From the NCBI GenBank assembly GCA_945885645.1, contig CAMCYV010000002.1, positions 1 to 37,768 on the forward strand: a DNA stretch of 37,768 bases. The letters run 5' to 3'. How positions within the stretch are numbered: the first letter of the stretch is position 1; every line of letters begins with the position of its first letter. The position numbers and the translations under genes are program-made. A model generated the notes under the pieces. It was not told the DNA's origin and searched no databases. It was given only the letters and a program-made list of their open reading frames with translations. Of this stretch, positions 17,403-26,439 are shown in pieces. The stretch comes from Bifidobacterium breve (GTDB lineage: Bacteria; Actinomycetota; Actinomycetes; S36-B12).

Positions 17403-17828
17403 TTAATCCACCGAAACCGACGGTTGTGGCATTGCTTTGGTTCCCCTTCGGACCCGAAATTCAACCGGAAGGGTCGCTGCGGCTGCGCCGAGGACGATTC
17501 CTCCGAAGAGATAGACCATTTGACGAGCACCAGAACTGATTGCTAGATCACCGGACGGGGAGTCAGCCGAGAGCAATACGGTCGCGGCCAGCCAGCACGA
17601 GAAAAAAAGCCAACCAGCCCAACGGGTTCGTGCCGAAACCGTTGCCAAACGGGATAGGAAAGTGATCGCGATGAGTAATAGGGCTGTTCCCCACGGGATC
17701 ACAACCACAAAATCACCGATGGAAAGGATGAAACGTTGTGCCTGAATAAAGGCTCCGGCCACCCCGATCGCAAATCCCATCAGGACGAAGCCCAGTAATG
17801 TCAGGACCCGCCGAATTGGTTCAGACAA
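17403..17828 (-). CDS. Small 4-TM membrane protein (DUF6113-like partner of mshB)
   Basis: 141 aa, hydrophobic. The ATG overlaps the end of mshB by 8 nt. This is the same position as the membrane protein gene following mshB in mycobacteria. Confidence 0.6.
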   Translation of the reverse strand: MSEPIRRVLTLLGFVLMGFAIGVAGAFIQAQRFILSIGDFVVVIPWGTALLLIAITFLSRLATVSARTRWAGWLFFSCWLAATVLLSADSPSGDLAISSGARQMVYLFGGIVLGAAAATLPVEFRVRRGTKAMPQPSVSVD

Positions 17829-18702
17829 GATTCAGGCCTTCAAACAGGTCGGCTTCCTGACCTGATCGCGGCGCGTCTCCTCGAACAAGTCGGAAGTGTT
17901 CTTCCGTGAAGATCTCTAACCCCAAATTATTCGAGAGCGCGAAAAATCCGCTGTCTGTGCTCACCTGTGTTTTGTGGGCGGTAAGTGCATCAAATTTCGC
18001 TTGGGTGAAGCCCGACCCATCAATGACCGTCGTAATCACCGAGTCATCGACAGCAAACGGGATGTCATCGGGATCCATCGTTGCGAATTCACTTTTGTCA
18101 CCGATCTCCTTAAGTTTGGCGATTCCGGAAATAATCCGACTCTTAGGGAAAGCGGTCCAATAGATCTTGGAAACGGTCCAAGCCTGGCCCAGCTCTGGTT
18201 TAAAACTTGGGCTTTCAGCCAATGCAATCGCGTAGGTGGTGACCCGATGGGCCTGGATGTGGTCGGGGTGCCCGTATCCACCAAAGTCGTCATAGGTCAC
18301 AACCACCTGCGGCCGCACCTCTCGAATAATCGCGACTAGGTCGGTTGCCGCTTCAAGCAGGTCGGCATTCCAGAAACAGTCTGGGCGCTTATTGCTGTCA
18401 ACACCCATCATGCCTGAGTCGCGGTATTTGCCCGGGCCACCCAAAAACCGAAAATCAGTTACACCAAGCAGCGCCATTGCATCGCTTAATTCACTGATGC
18501 GGTGCTCCCCCAAGGAATCCGTTTGATCCGCCGCTAAGTGCGCCAATTCAGGAACCAGTATTTCGCCTTCTTCACCCAGTGTGCAGGTCACCAGCGTCAC
18601 CGAGGCGCCCTCGGAGACGTACTTGGCCATGGTGGCTCCGGTTCCGATTGATTCGTCGTCGGGGTGGGCATGGACGATAAGGAGTCGGGCAGCAGAAGTC
18701 AC
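17821..18702 (-). CDS. mshB: N-acetyl-1-D-myo-inosityl-2-amino-2-deoxy-alpha-D-glucopyranoside deacetylase (LmbE family)
   Basis: 293 aa. Contains LLIVHAHPDDESIGTGATMAKY, VTCTLGEEGE, VVTYDDFGGYGHPDHIQAH and ALTAHKTQV. This matches MshB rather than generic LmbE, and the genomic context agrees. GTG start. Confidence 0.85.
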   Translation of the reverse strand: MTSAARLLIVHAHPDDESIGTGATMAKYVSEGASVTLVTCTLGEEGEILVPELAHLAADQTDSLGEHRISELSDAMALLGVTDFRFLGGPGKYRDSGMMGVDSNKRPDCFWNADLLEAATDLVAIIREVRPQVVVTYDDFGGYGHPDHIQAHRVTTYAIALAESPSFKPELGQAWTVSKIYWTAFPKSRIISGIAKLKEIGDKSEFATMDPDDIPFAVDDSVITTVIDGSGFTQAKFDALTAHKTQVSTDSGFFALSNNLGLEIFTEEHFRLVRGDAPRSGQEADLFEGLNLV

Positions 18703-18708
18703 CGGCTA

Positions 18709-18714
18709 AGGGTA
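18709..18714 (-). promoter_or_regulatory. -10 hexamer TACCCT, 6 nt upstream of mshB GTG
   Basis: The minus strand reads ggccgcTACCCTtagccgGTG. Confidence 0.55.
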
Positions 18715-18733
18715 GCGGCCACGTGCAATGAGG

Positions 18734-18739
18734 CATAGT
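18734..18739 (+). promoter_or_regulatory. -10-like hexamer CATAGT, 6 nt upstream of S9 peptidase ATG 18746
   Basis: The sequence reads gagGCATAGTtcgcacATG. It keeps the invariant A2 and T6 only. Confidence 0.4.
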
Positions 18740-18745
18740 TCGCAC

Positions 18746-20839
18746 ATGACTGAGTCATTTCCGAGACAGAAGGCGGCAACGCGCAGTTTCCGACTCGGGG
18801 CACCCCGAAACTTTGCCATAAAGCCCACCGGGGATGCCATTCTGTTTCTGCGAAACGCCACCGGAAGAACCGCTACAACCGATATTTGGCTCGCCGAAAA
18901 ATCAAATTCGTTGTGGAGTGAGCGTTGTTTAGTGAAGTCTGCGCACATTTCCCTCGGTGGGGATATTCCGGCAGAGGAATTGGCCCGGAGGGAACGTATG
19001 CGGGAGGTTACCGAAGGGGTAACGGCATATTCCACCGACAAGGTTTTCACGAAAATTACCTATGTCCTTGATGGTGAACTCTACGTACAGCACCTACCCC
19101 AGCAATTAAATGAAGCCATTGAGATTCCAACGCATATTCACACAGGTGGCCGATGCATCGATCCACGGATGAGCCCCGACGGGAACCACATTGCATTTGT
19201 CCAAGATGGCGCAGTTTTCGCCGTTGATGTGAAGACAGAAAAAGTGAGCCGACTCTGCGGTCCAACAGAGGCTGAGGAGAGTGTTTCTTGGGGACTCGCT
19301 GATTTTGTAGCAGCCGAAGAACTTGAGCGCATGCGCGGCTACTGGTGGGAAAAAGACTCGCAAAGTCTCATTGTCGAACGAGTCGATGAAAACGCCGTTG
19401 ACACTGCTTGGATCGCAGACCCGGCTAACCCGTTGGCTCCCGCACGTGAACATCGGTACCCATTCGCTGGTACCGCGAATGCCGAGATCTCTTTGCATCT
19501 GGTAACTCTTAACGGAGTCATTCAAGAAATCCCATGGAACAAGTTGACCCATCCATATTTAGTTACGGTTAATACTTCGGGATCCGCTACAACTTTTAGT
19601 GTCCTCTCTCGCGATCAACAAGACGTAGAGATTTTCTCCCTCAACGGGTCAGTTCCAACTTTGATTCAAACAAGAAATGAAAAGCCATGGCACACGGTTG
19701 CACCTGGCGTGCCCACTCTCAACGACGTTGGGCAACTCATTGAGATCCGGCCACTAAACAACGTATTTCGACTGTGCGTAGACGGAGAAGCGGTCAGCCC
19801 GGTAGAGATTCAGGTCACGGGTGTTCTCGCAACCAACGGTGACATTACCTACATTGGACAAAGTGAAACGACCAATCAACACATCTACTCAATCGAAAAA
19901 GGTCAGCTCTCATCACGGGAAAACAATGAGTCATTGAACTCGGGTGTGCGTGAAGGTGACCTACTTGTCGTGGCTCATTCAAATTTTGAGACCACCACGA
20001 CTCTTTATTCGCTGTACAACCTCAATGAACCTGCCACTCCCGTGTCCACATTTACTAACAACGCGGAGTCCCCCGTTGTAACCCCTAATGTCACAGTGGA
20101 AACCACAGGGAAGATCAATCTCACGAGTGCGATTATCTGGCCTGAGAATCACGTCGCAGGAACCAAGATCCCGGTTATTTGCGCTCCCTACGGCGGTCCG
20201 CATCATGCGCGAGTCATCGCTTCGGGACTTTCATTCTGCTCAGATCAGTGGTTAGCCAATCAAGGATTCGCTGTTCTGGTCACCGATAATCGCGGAACCC
20301 CCGGTCATGGGCCCGACTTTGAGTACAGCATCATGACTGATCTAGCCACCAAAGTCGTCCAAGATCAAGTGGACGCCCTCACCGAACTCGGTGAACGGCA
20401 CCCTGATCTTGATCTTTCTCGAGTCGGTATTCACGGATGGTCATTTGGTGGTTACCTTGCAGCCCTCGCAACGCTGGATCGCCCCGATATCTTCAAGGCG
20501 GGAATTGCAGGTGCCCCCGTAACCGACTGGGCCCTCTACGACACTGCTTACACAGAACGGTATCTCGGTTTACCGGGTGAGAATCCGGAAGCCTATGAAG
20601 CAACGTCTCTGATCAATAGGGCAAACAAGCTCGATCGTCCGCTATTGATTATCCATGGCTTATCCGATGACAACGTTCTCGTCGCTCATTCACTTCGACT
20701 TTCAAGCGCCCTTTTAGCTGCGGGTAGAACGCACTCAGTTCTTCCACTCTCCGGAATAACTCATATGACCACACAGGAAATCATTGCCGAGAACCTGATG
20801 CTCGCAGAACTGGAATTCTTTCGCGAGCACCTCAAGTGA
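18746..20839 (+). CDS. S9-family serine peptidase (DPP IV-like beta-propeller + prolyl oligopeptidase catalytic domain)
   Basis: The N-terminus MTESFPRQKAATRSFRLGAPRNF and the propeller region are present. The catalytic nucleophile context is GIHGWSFGGYLA, and the C-terminal region has LLIIHGLSDDNV and GITHM. I prefer ATG 18746 over 18728 on N-terminal homology and -10 spacing. Confidence 0.85.
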   Translation: MTESFPRQKAATRSFRLGAPRNFAIKPTGDAILFLRNATGRTATTDIWLAEKSNSLWSERCLVKSAHISLGGDIPAEELARRERMREVTEGVTAYSTDKVFTKITYVLDGELYVQHLPQQLNEAIEIPTHIHTGGRCIDPRMSPDGNHIAFVQDGAVFAVDVKTEKVSRLCGPTEAEESVSWGLADFVAAEELERMRGYWWEKDSQSLIVERVDENAVDTAWIADPANPLAPAREHRYPFAGTANAEISLHLVTLNGVIQEIPWNKLTHPYLVTVNTSGSATTFSVLSRDQQDVEIFSLNGSVPTLIQTRNEKPWHTVAPGVPTLNDVGQLIEIRPLNNVFRLCVDGEAVSPVEIQVTGVLATNGDITYIGQSETTNQHIYSIEKGQLSSRENNESLNSGVREGDLLVVAHSNFETTTTLYSLYNLNEPATPVSTFTNNAESPVVTPNVTVETTGKINLTSAIIWPENHVAGTKIPVICAPYGGPHHARVIASGLSFCSDQWLANQGFAVLVTDNRGTPGHGPDFEYSIMTDLATKVVQDQVDALTELGERHPDLDLSRVGIHGWSFGGYLAALATLDRPDIFKAGIAGAPVTDWALYDTAYTERYLGLPGENPEAYEATSLINRANKLDRPLLIIHGLSDDNVLVAHSLRLSSALLAAGRTHSVLPLSGITHMTTQEIIAENLMLAELEFFREHLK

Positions 20840-20849
20840 CGAGTTGCGT

Positions 20850-22712
20850 TTACGCCTTAGCTTTGCGACCGGAACGCTGGCGCTCGCCGGCATCCAAGAT
20901 CACCTTGCGAATGCGGACCGCTGAAGGTGCAACTTCAACGCACTCGTCTTCACGACAGAATTCAAGGGCCTGCTCGAGGGAGAGTTGCTTATGAGGAATC
21001 AACGGCACCAAAACATCGGCTGAAGACTGACGCATGTTGGTCAGTTTCTTTTCCTTCGTTGGATTCACATCCATGTCGTCGCTGCGGGAGTTCACCCCAA
21101 CGACCATTCCTTCATAGACCTCGGTACCGGGGCCAACAAACATCGTGCCACGCTCTTGCAGGTTTGCCAGGGCAAATCCAGTAGTTGGACCGGTACGGTC
21201 GGCAACGAGAGATCCGGTTGGACGGGTGCGCAACTCACCAAACCAAGGGGCGTAATTGTCGAATACATGGTGCAGGAGTCCGGTTCCGCGGGTTTCAGTG
21301 AGGAACTCAGTTCGGAACCCAATCAGACCTCGGGCAGGCACCAGGTAGTCCATGCGGACCCATCCGGTTCCATGGTTGACCATCTGATCCATGCGGCCCT
21401 TACGCAGCGCCATGAGTTGGGTGACAACGCCCAGGTAGTCCTCGGGGATGTCAACCGAAAGACGCTCAACGGGCTCATGCAACTTGCCGTCAATTATCCG
21501 CGTGACAACCTGGGGCTTGCCTACGGTTAATTCAAAACCTTCACGCTTCATCATCTCAACAAGGATTGCGAGTTGTAGTTCACCACGACCCTGGACTTCC
21601 CATGTGTCGGGACGCTCAGTGGGAAGAACACGAATCGAGACGTTACCGATCGTTTCAGCCTGTAGACGTTCTTTCACCATGTTGGCTGTCAACTTATTTC
21701 CACCACTACGACCGGCGAGAGGAGAAGTATTGATACCGATCGTCATGGAGATTGAAGGTTCGTCCACCGTGATCACAGGCAAAGCAATCGGATTTTCCGG
21801 ATCAGCCAGGGTGTCACCGATCGTGATGTCAGGGAAACCAGCCACCGCGATGATGTCCCCAGGACCAGCACTGTCAGCTGGTACGCGGGTAAGGGCTTCG
21901 GTCATCAGCAGTTCGACAACGCGCATTCGATTGATGCTTCCATCAGATTGAATCCAGGCAACCTGCTGGCCCTTGTTGATTGTTCCTTCATGAACGCGGC
22001 ACAGTGCCAAACGACCCAGATAAGGAGATGCGTCCAAGTTGGTCACGTGGGCTTGCAGCGGCGCACCCTCGGTGTAACTCGGTGCAGGAATTGTTTCAAC
22101 CAAAGTGCGGAACAATGGCTCGAGGTTTTCTTCCTCTGGCATCCCACCGTCAGCGGGTCGGATCAATGAGGCCCGGCCAGCTTTGGCACTCGTATACACG
22201 ATCGGGAATTCGATCTGAGTTTCATTGGCATCGAGGTCAAGAAAGAGTTCATAGGCTTCGTCGACCACTTCAGCAATTCGTGAGTCAGGTCGATCCACTT
22301 TGTTAATAACAAGAACTACCGGCAAATTCTTTTGGAGAGCCTTGCGCAACACAAATCGGGTTTGAGGTAGCGGGCCTTCGGAAGCGTCAACGAGAAGTAC
22401 AACACCGTCGACCATCTCGAGTCCACGCTCAACCTCGCCACCAAAGTCAGCGTGACCGGGTGTGTCAATGATGTTGAAAGTCATGCCTTCCGGTGGTGCA
22501 GAAGGTCCTATGTAACGAACGGAAGTGTTCTTAGCCAGAATCGTGATGCCCTTTTCGCGCTCAAGGTCCATCGAGTCCATGACCCGGTCATTCACGTCCT
22601 GGTTCTCACGGAAAGCTCCGGATTGCCACAACATGGCGTCCACGAGGGTGGTTTTGCCATGGTCAACGTGGGCAATGATGGCTACATTGCGTAAATCTGA
22701 GCGGAAAGTCAC
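20850..22712 (-). CDS. typA: Translational GTPase TypA/BipA
   Basis: 620 aa. Contains [38 protein letters not shown] and VINKVDR, followed by EF-G-like domains. GTG start. Confidence 0.95.
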   Translation of the reverse strand: MTFRSDLRNVAIIAHVDHGKTTLVDAMLWQSGAFRENQDVNDRVMDSMDLEREKGITILAKNTSVRYIGPSAPPEGMTFNIIDTPGHADFGGEVERGLEMVDGVVLLVDASEGPLPQTRFVLRKALQKNLPVVLVINKVDRPDSRIAEVVDEAYELFLDLDANETQIEFPIVYTSAKAGRASLIRPADGGMPEEENLEPLFRTLVETIPAPSYTEGAPLQAHVTNLDASPYLGRLALCRVHEGTINKGQQVAWIQSDGSINRMRVVELLMTEALTRVPADSAGPGDIIAVAGFPDITIGDTLADPENPIALPVITVDEPSISMTIGINTSPLAGRSGGNKLTANMVKERLQAETIGNVSIRVLPTERPDTWEVQGRGELQLAILVEMMKREGFELTVGKPQVVTRIIDGKLHEPVERLSVDIPEDYLGVVTQLMALRKGRMDQMVNHGTGWVRMDYLVPARGLIGFRTEFLTETRGTGLLHHVFDNYAPWFGELRTRPTGSLVADRTGPTTGFALANLQERGTMFVGPGTEVYEGMVVGVNSRSDDMDVNPTKEKKLTNMRQSSADVLVPLIPHKQLSLEQALEFCREDECVEVAPSAVRIRKVILDAGERQRSGRKAKA

Positions 22713-22718
22713 TTGCGA

Positions 22719-22724
22719 AGACTA
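22719..22724 (-). promoter_or_regulatory. -10 hexamer TAGTCT, 6 nt upstream of typA GTG
   Basis: The minus strand reads aacgccTAGTCTtcgcaaGTG. Confidence 0.55.
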
Positions 22725-22764
22725 GGCGTTTATCACATTTCCATTTCACATGGGTGGCAAACGC

Positions 22765-22770
22765 TAGAGT
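22765..22770 (+). promoter_or_regulatory. -10 hexamer TAGAGT, 5 nt upstream of GTG 22776 (ACT-GNAT gene)
   Basis: The sequence reads aacgcTAGAGTttggcGTG. The spacing is one nt shorter than in the other cases. Confidence 0.35.
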
Positions 22771-22775
22771 TTGGC

Positions 22776-23642
22776 GTGCTTTTGATTCGACAGCTCCCCG
22801 CTTACTTGGTGCTCAAACTCAACCCCACGGGCCCAATTCCCTCACCACCTGCCCGCACTGACTTCTGGTCGCTTTCTTCCTCCTATGACGAACTCTCACT
22901 GGTGTGCATGAAGGACCAATCGCCCACCGTGGGCGTCTTGGAAGTCTCAGATGACTGGACCGCCTTCCGTGTTGCCGGCACCATGGAGTTCACCCTCACC
23001 GGAATAGTTGCCCAAATTTCACAGGTGATCGCCGACGCCCAATTGGGGATCTTCGTTGTGAGCACCTTCGACACTGATTACATTCTCGTGAATCACAACG
23101 ATGCTGACTTGGCAGTTACGCGCTGGCGTGAGTCCGGAATCGAAGTCATCGAGCCCATCCACCAAAGCGCTCGACTCGATTTCATCGACATTAACTATGA
23201 ACTAAAAGATCTCGCCAACAACAATCGTGCCGGCAAATCCTGGATTGACGACTACCCAACCGAAGGCGACCTGATGATTGCAAATCTTTTATTACAAGCC
23301 GGGACTCAAGCACCACCGCAAACGTGCACGGCCTTTACTCTGCGATCACGATCAACCGGACTAGCGCTGGGTGGCATTGGTTTCAAGGGTGAACATATTG
23401 ATGGTGACTTTCGTGCAATGGAGATTGGCTACGGTCTCGCCGAAAGCATGCACCGACAAGGACTCGGCACCGAGGCCGTAGCGGGAATCATTGAAATTGC
23501 TCGTGAAAGAGGAATAACGCAACTGTGCGCCGAAACGGATTTTTCCAATCTGGCAAGCCAAAGGGTGCTTGTGCTCAACGGATTTAATGAACTCTCCCGC
23601 TCAGAAACCGGGATCTGGTGGGGGTTGTCAATCCTTGATTGA
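22776..23642 (+). CDS. Fusion protein: CASTOR/ACT_7-type ACT domain + GNAT (RimJ/Acetyltransf_3-like) N-acetyltransferase
   Basis: The N-terminal half (LPAYLVLKLNP...WSLSSSYDELSLVC...DWTAFRVAGTMEFTLTGIVAQISQVIADAQLGIFVVSTFDTDYILV) fits the roughly 130-aa standalone ACT-domain family. The C-terminal half (GGIGFKGE...MEIGYGLAESMHRQGLGTEAV..IIEIARERGITQLCAETDFSNLASQRVLVLNGF) fits GNAT motifs A and B. It is one uninterrupted frame. The start is uncertain (GTG 22776, TTG 22782 or TTG 22713). Confidence 0.7.
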   Translation: MLLIRQLPAYLVLKLNPTGPIPSPPARTDFWSLSSSYDELSLVCMKDQSPTVGVLEVSDDWTAFRVAGTMEFTLTGIVAQISQVIADAQLGIFVVSTFDTDYILVNHNDADLAVTRWRESGIEVIEPIHQSARLDFIDINYELKDLANNNRAGKSWIDDYPTEGDLMIANLLLQAGTQAPPQTCTAFTLRSRSTGLALGGIGFKGEHIDGDFRAMEIGYGLAESMHRQGLGTEAVAGIIEIARERGITQLCAETDFSNLASQRVLVLNGFNELSRSETGIWWGLSILD

Positions 23643-24101
23643 CAGATATTCGCTCAGCGAATCAAAGTAGCTCTCCATGCCAGCTTGGGCTTGGATTGCT
23701 TCACTCTCTGGCAGATCTCCGAATTGGCTGAACTTCACCCAACTGCGAAAATCTTTGGCTTCAAATTCAATTCGTATGTTGTGGTGTGGCAGAGACATGT
23801 CTTTTGCGTTGAACTCATCAACCGACTGCGTGTAATACAACGTATGTTCAAGCCGAGCATTTTCTACAATCTTCGTGTACTCCCCGTAAAAGTAAGCGAT
23901 GAATGCTTCTTCCGGCACGTCAATCGCAACAGTCCACGCCCCACCAACAAATACCTCAGATCGCATTGAGCCGGGAACCACCGAATGCTGTGTTCCGTGA
24001 TACCACTCTTCCAAGGCAACACTGTCGGTCCAGGCCGCCCACAAGATCTCCAACGGGATATCAAATTCACGTTCAACGCTGTACGCGGGCTGGTCGCTCA
24101 T
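23628..24101 (-). CDS. SRPBCC/AHSA1 (Aha1-like) domain protein
   Basis: MSDQPAYSVEREFDIPLEILWAAWTDSVALEEWYHG... is a typical AHSA1-domain N-terminus. A GGGAGA Shine-Dalgarno lies 4 nt before ATG 24101. The 3' end overlaps the convergent ACT-GNAT gene by 15 nt. Confidence 0.75.
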   Translation of the reverse strand: MSDQPAYSVEREFDIPLEILWAAWTDSVALEEWYHGTQHSVVPGSMRSEVFVGGAWTVAIDVPEEAFIAYFYGEYTKIVENARLEHTLYYTQSVDEFNAKDMSLPHHNIRIEFEAKDFRSWVKFSQFGDLPESEAIQAQAGMESYFDSLSEYLSIKD

Positions 24102-24151
24102 GGTGTCTCCCTGTAGTCGGATGGTGCTATTCAACCGTATAACTGTTCACG

Positions 24152-25225
24152 TCAGACATTGAAGCGGAACTCGACCACGTCGCCGTCGGCCATGACGTAG
24201 TCCTTGCCCTCAATTCGCACCTTGCCCCGAGCCTTTGCCTCATTCATTGAGCCGGCATCCATTAAATCTGCAAATGAAACAACTTCAGCTTTGATGAATC
24301 CCTTTTGGAAGTCGGTGTGAATTACACCGGCTGCCTCAGGCGCCGTGGCATTTCGTGGGATGGTCCAAGCGCGAGCCTCTTTGGGGCCCGCGGTGAGATA
24401 AGTCTGAAGACCTAAGGCATCAAAGCCAACCCGCGCCAAAGCTTTGAGCCCCGACTCGGTTTGGCCCACTGATAGAAGGAGTTCCAGTGCTTCTTCATCG
24501 GAGAGCTCAACTAATTCAGACTCAATTTTCGCATCCAAGAAAACAACTTCAGCCGGAGCGACAAGTTCCGTCATCTCTTTACGGAAGTCGGTGTTGGATA
24601 ACTCTGCTTCGTCAGCGTTGACAACATAAACAAACGGTTTTGCCGTGAGTAAAAACAATTCGCGAATGGGTTCTACATTAAAACCTACACTAAACAACGT
24701 TTTACCCGAATTAAGAATCTCTTGAGCCTTCTCGGCAGCTTCCAGCACCACCGCTTTTGATTTATCAAGACGCAATTCTTTCTGCAATCGAGGAATCGCC
24801 TTCTCCAGTGATTGCATGTCCGCAAGAATTAATTCGGTATTAATAGTCTCCATGTCCTCTTTGGGAGAAACGCGACCTTCGACGTGGACAACGTCGTCGT
24901 CGGTAAATGCGCGAAGCACCTGGCAAATTGCGTCGGATTCGCGAATGTTGGCAAGAAACTTGTTACCAAGACCTGCACCTTCCGAGGCACCTTTAACGAT
25001 TCCAGCAATGTCAACGAAAGTGACACTTGCCTGAATGATTTTCTCGGAGCCAAAAACTTTCGCGAGGTCAGAAAGCCTGGGGTCAGGAACACCCACAACA
25101 CCGGTGTTCGGCTCAATAGTTGCGAAAGGGTAATTCGCGGCAAGGACATCGTTCTTTGTCAAAGCATTAAAGAGGGTTGATTTGCCCACATTTGGCAGGC
25201 CGACGATTCCTAGAGTTAATCCCAC
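24152..25225 (-). CDS. ychF: Redox-regulated ribosome-binding ATPase YchF
   Basis: 357 aa. Contains [40 protein letters not shown] and the C-terminal TGS-like [32 protein letters not shown] start. Confidence 0.95.
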   Translation of the reverse strand: MGLTLGIVGLPNVGKSTLFNALTKNDVLAANYPFATIEPNTGVVGVPDPRLSDLAKVFGSEKIIQASVTFVDIAGIVKGASEGAGLGNKFLANIRESDAICQVLRAFTDDDVVHVEGRVSPKEDMETINTELILADMQSLEKAIPRLQKELRLDKSKAVVLEAAEKAQEILNSGKTLFSVGFNVEPIRELFLLTAKPFVYVVNADEAELSNTDFRKEMTELVAPAEVVFLDAKIESELVELSDEEALELLLSVGQTESGLKALARVGFDALGLQTYLTAGPKEARAWTIPRNATAPEAAGVIHTDFQKGFIKAEVVSFADLMDAGSMNEAKARGKVRIEGKDYVMADGDVVEFRFNV

Positions 25226-25231
25226 TCCCGT

Positions 25232-25237
25232 ACTTTA
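25232..25237 (-). promoter_or_regulatory. -10 hexamer TAAAGT, 6 nt upstream of ychF GTG
   Basis: The minus strand reads actgaaTAAAGTacgggaGTG. Confidence 0.55.
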
Positions 25238-25327
25238 TTCAGTGCTGGCTTCCGTATTTACTGACCCCAAGGCTTTAGTCATTAATTTGCAAGAATTTCG
25301 CCAACTACTTTGGACGGTCGTTTGAAA

Positions 25328-25349
25328 TGTCGGTCTGCCATGTCAGTAT
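25328..25349 (+). promoter_or_regulatory. RecA-NDp/PafBC-like promoter motif TGTCGGTC-N8-CAGTAT, with the -10 6 nt upstream of rmuC GTG
   Basis: The sequence reads aaaTGTCGGTCtgccatgtCAGTATctgtatGTG. Compare the published mycobacterial motif tTGTCRgtg-N8-TAnnnT. Confidence 0.4.
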
Positions 25350-25355
25350 CTGTAT

Positions 25356-26435
25356 GTGGATTCAGCGACAGTTCTCATCCTTTCGATCGCACTCGTATTT
25401 TTGGGCATCGGATTTGGATATTTCCTCGGTTCACGGGGGAATCGCTCTTCCAATGTTCCCGAACTTGAATCGGGATTAACTTCCCTCTCCGACGCAATTG
25501 ACCGAATCACCAAGTCGGTCTCTGCCCAACAGGTTTCCTCAGCTGAGTCTTCGGCTGCACTTCGCACTGAACTCACCGTCTCAATCGCGAACCAATCAGA
25601 GAGTCTGCTTCGATCAGTGTCCGAAGTTAAAGCCCAAGCCCAGCAACTCAGCTCGGTGCTGAGCCGTTCCGGTGCCCGCGGGCAATGGGGTGAAATGGAA
25701 CTCACTCGCCTGGTTGAAGCAGCCGGCATGATCAACCGGGTTCACTTCCTAGACCAAAACACGATTGACAGTGCGCAAGGGAAGTTGCGCCCTGACCTTC
25801 AAGTAATGCTCTCCAATGGACGTTGCATATTGATTGACGCCAAAACACCCATGGATTCATTCCTTCGTAGCGCCGGTAATCAGTCGGAGGAAAGCCTTGA
25901 TGCTCTCATGAGCGCACATGCCGACGCGGTGATTCGACATATTGAACAACTTGGTCGAAAGGCGTACGGCGCGGAAATTCAGGAGGCCATCGACTTTGTT
26001 GTGATGTTCCTGCCCTCTGAAGCATTGCTCGAAGCGGCCCTTCACCAGCGACCTGATCTTCTTGATTTTGCGTTCAGCAGAAACATCGTTCCTGCAACAC
26101 CGACAACATTGTTCGCACTACTTCGCGCGGTTTCCCTAGGTTGGCAAAACAGTGACATGGTGGAGCAAGCGGAAGAAATCTCCCGTCTCTCCCAAGAGAT
26201 GTACTCACGGCTTGACACGGTGCTCAACCACTTCGCCAGTGTCGGTAAATCACTCGGCGCAGCCGTTGGCCACTACAACAGTGCCGTGGGATCCATTGAA
26301 ACTCGGCTGCGTCCTACCGGTCGAGCACTCACCGACCTGGGGGTTCGTGGAGTAAAGAATGAGAGTGAGCTTTCCGCGACTCCACGCCTTGACGTGTTCG
26401 CATCCAACCTCTCGGAATCTGATTCGGTAACCTAA
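25356..26435 (+). CDS. rmuC: DNA recombination protein RmuC
   Basis: 359 aa with an N-terminal TM/coiled coil. The nuclease-like core follows (RGQWGEMELTRLVEAAGM...RPDLQVMLSNGRCILIDAKTP...FVVMFLPSEALLEAAL...IVPATPTTLFALLRAV). GTG start. Confidence 0.85.
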   Translation: MDSATVLILSIALVFLGIGFGYFLGSRGNRSSNVPELESGLTSLSDAIDRITKSVSAQQVSSAESSAALRTELTVSIANQSESLLRSVSEVKAQAQQLSSVLSRSGARGQWGEMELTRLVEAAGMINRVHFLDQNTIDSAQGKLRPDLQVMLSNGRCILIDAKTPMDSFLRSAGNQSEESLDALMSAHADAVIRHIEQLGRKAYGAEIQEAIDFVVMFLPSEALLEAALHQRPDLLDFAFSRNIVPATPTTLFALLRAVSLGWQNSDMVEQAEEISRLSQEMYSRLDTVLNHFASVGKSLGAAVGHYNSAVGSIETRLRPTGRALTDLGVRGVKNESELSATPRLDVFASNLSESDSVT

Positions 26436-26439
26436 TCCT

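Noticed and set aside
14000-20840. Patches that look more AT-rich by eye in cysS, VanW and the S9 peptidase gene (possible horizontal acquisition)
   Set aside because: I cannot compute GC or codon statistics here. The genes are syntenic with other actinobacteria, and there are no flanking repeats, tRNA or integrase. Relaxed constraint under AT-biased mutation is an adequate explanation.
23451-23459. Exact TTGTCGGTG (RecA-NDp upstream element) on the minus strand inside the GNAT coding region, with a second copy at 26098..26106 inside rmuC
   Set aside because: Neither copy has an nAnnnT hexamer at the required 8-nt spacing, and both are intragenic. Their presence shows that the short element occurs by chance, and I used this to temper the rmuC promoter finding.
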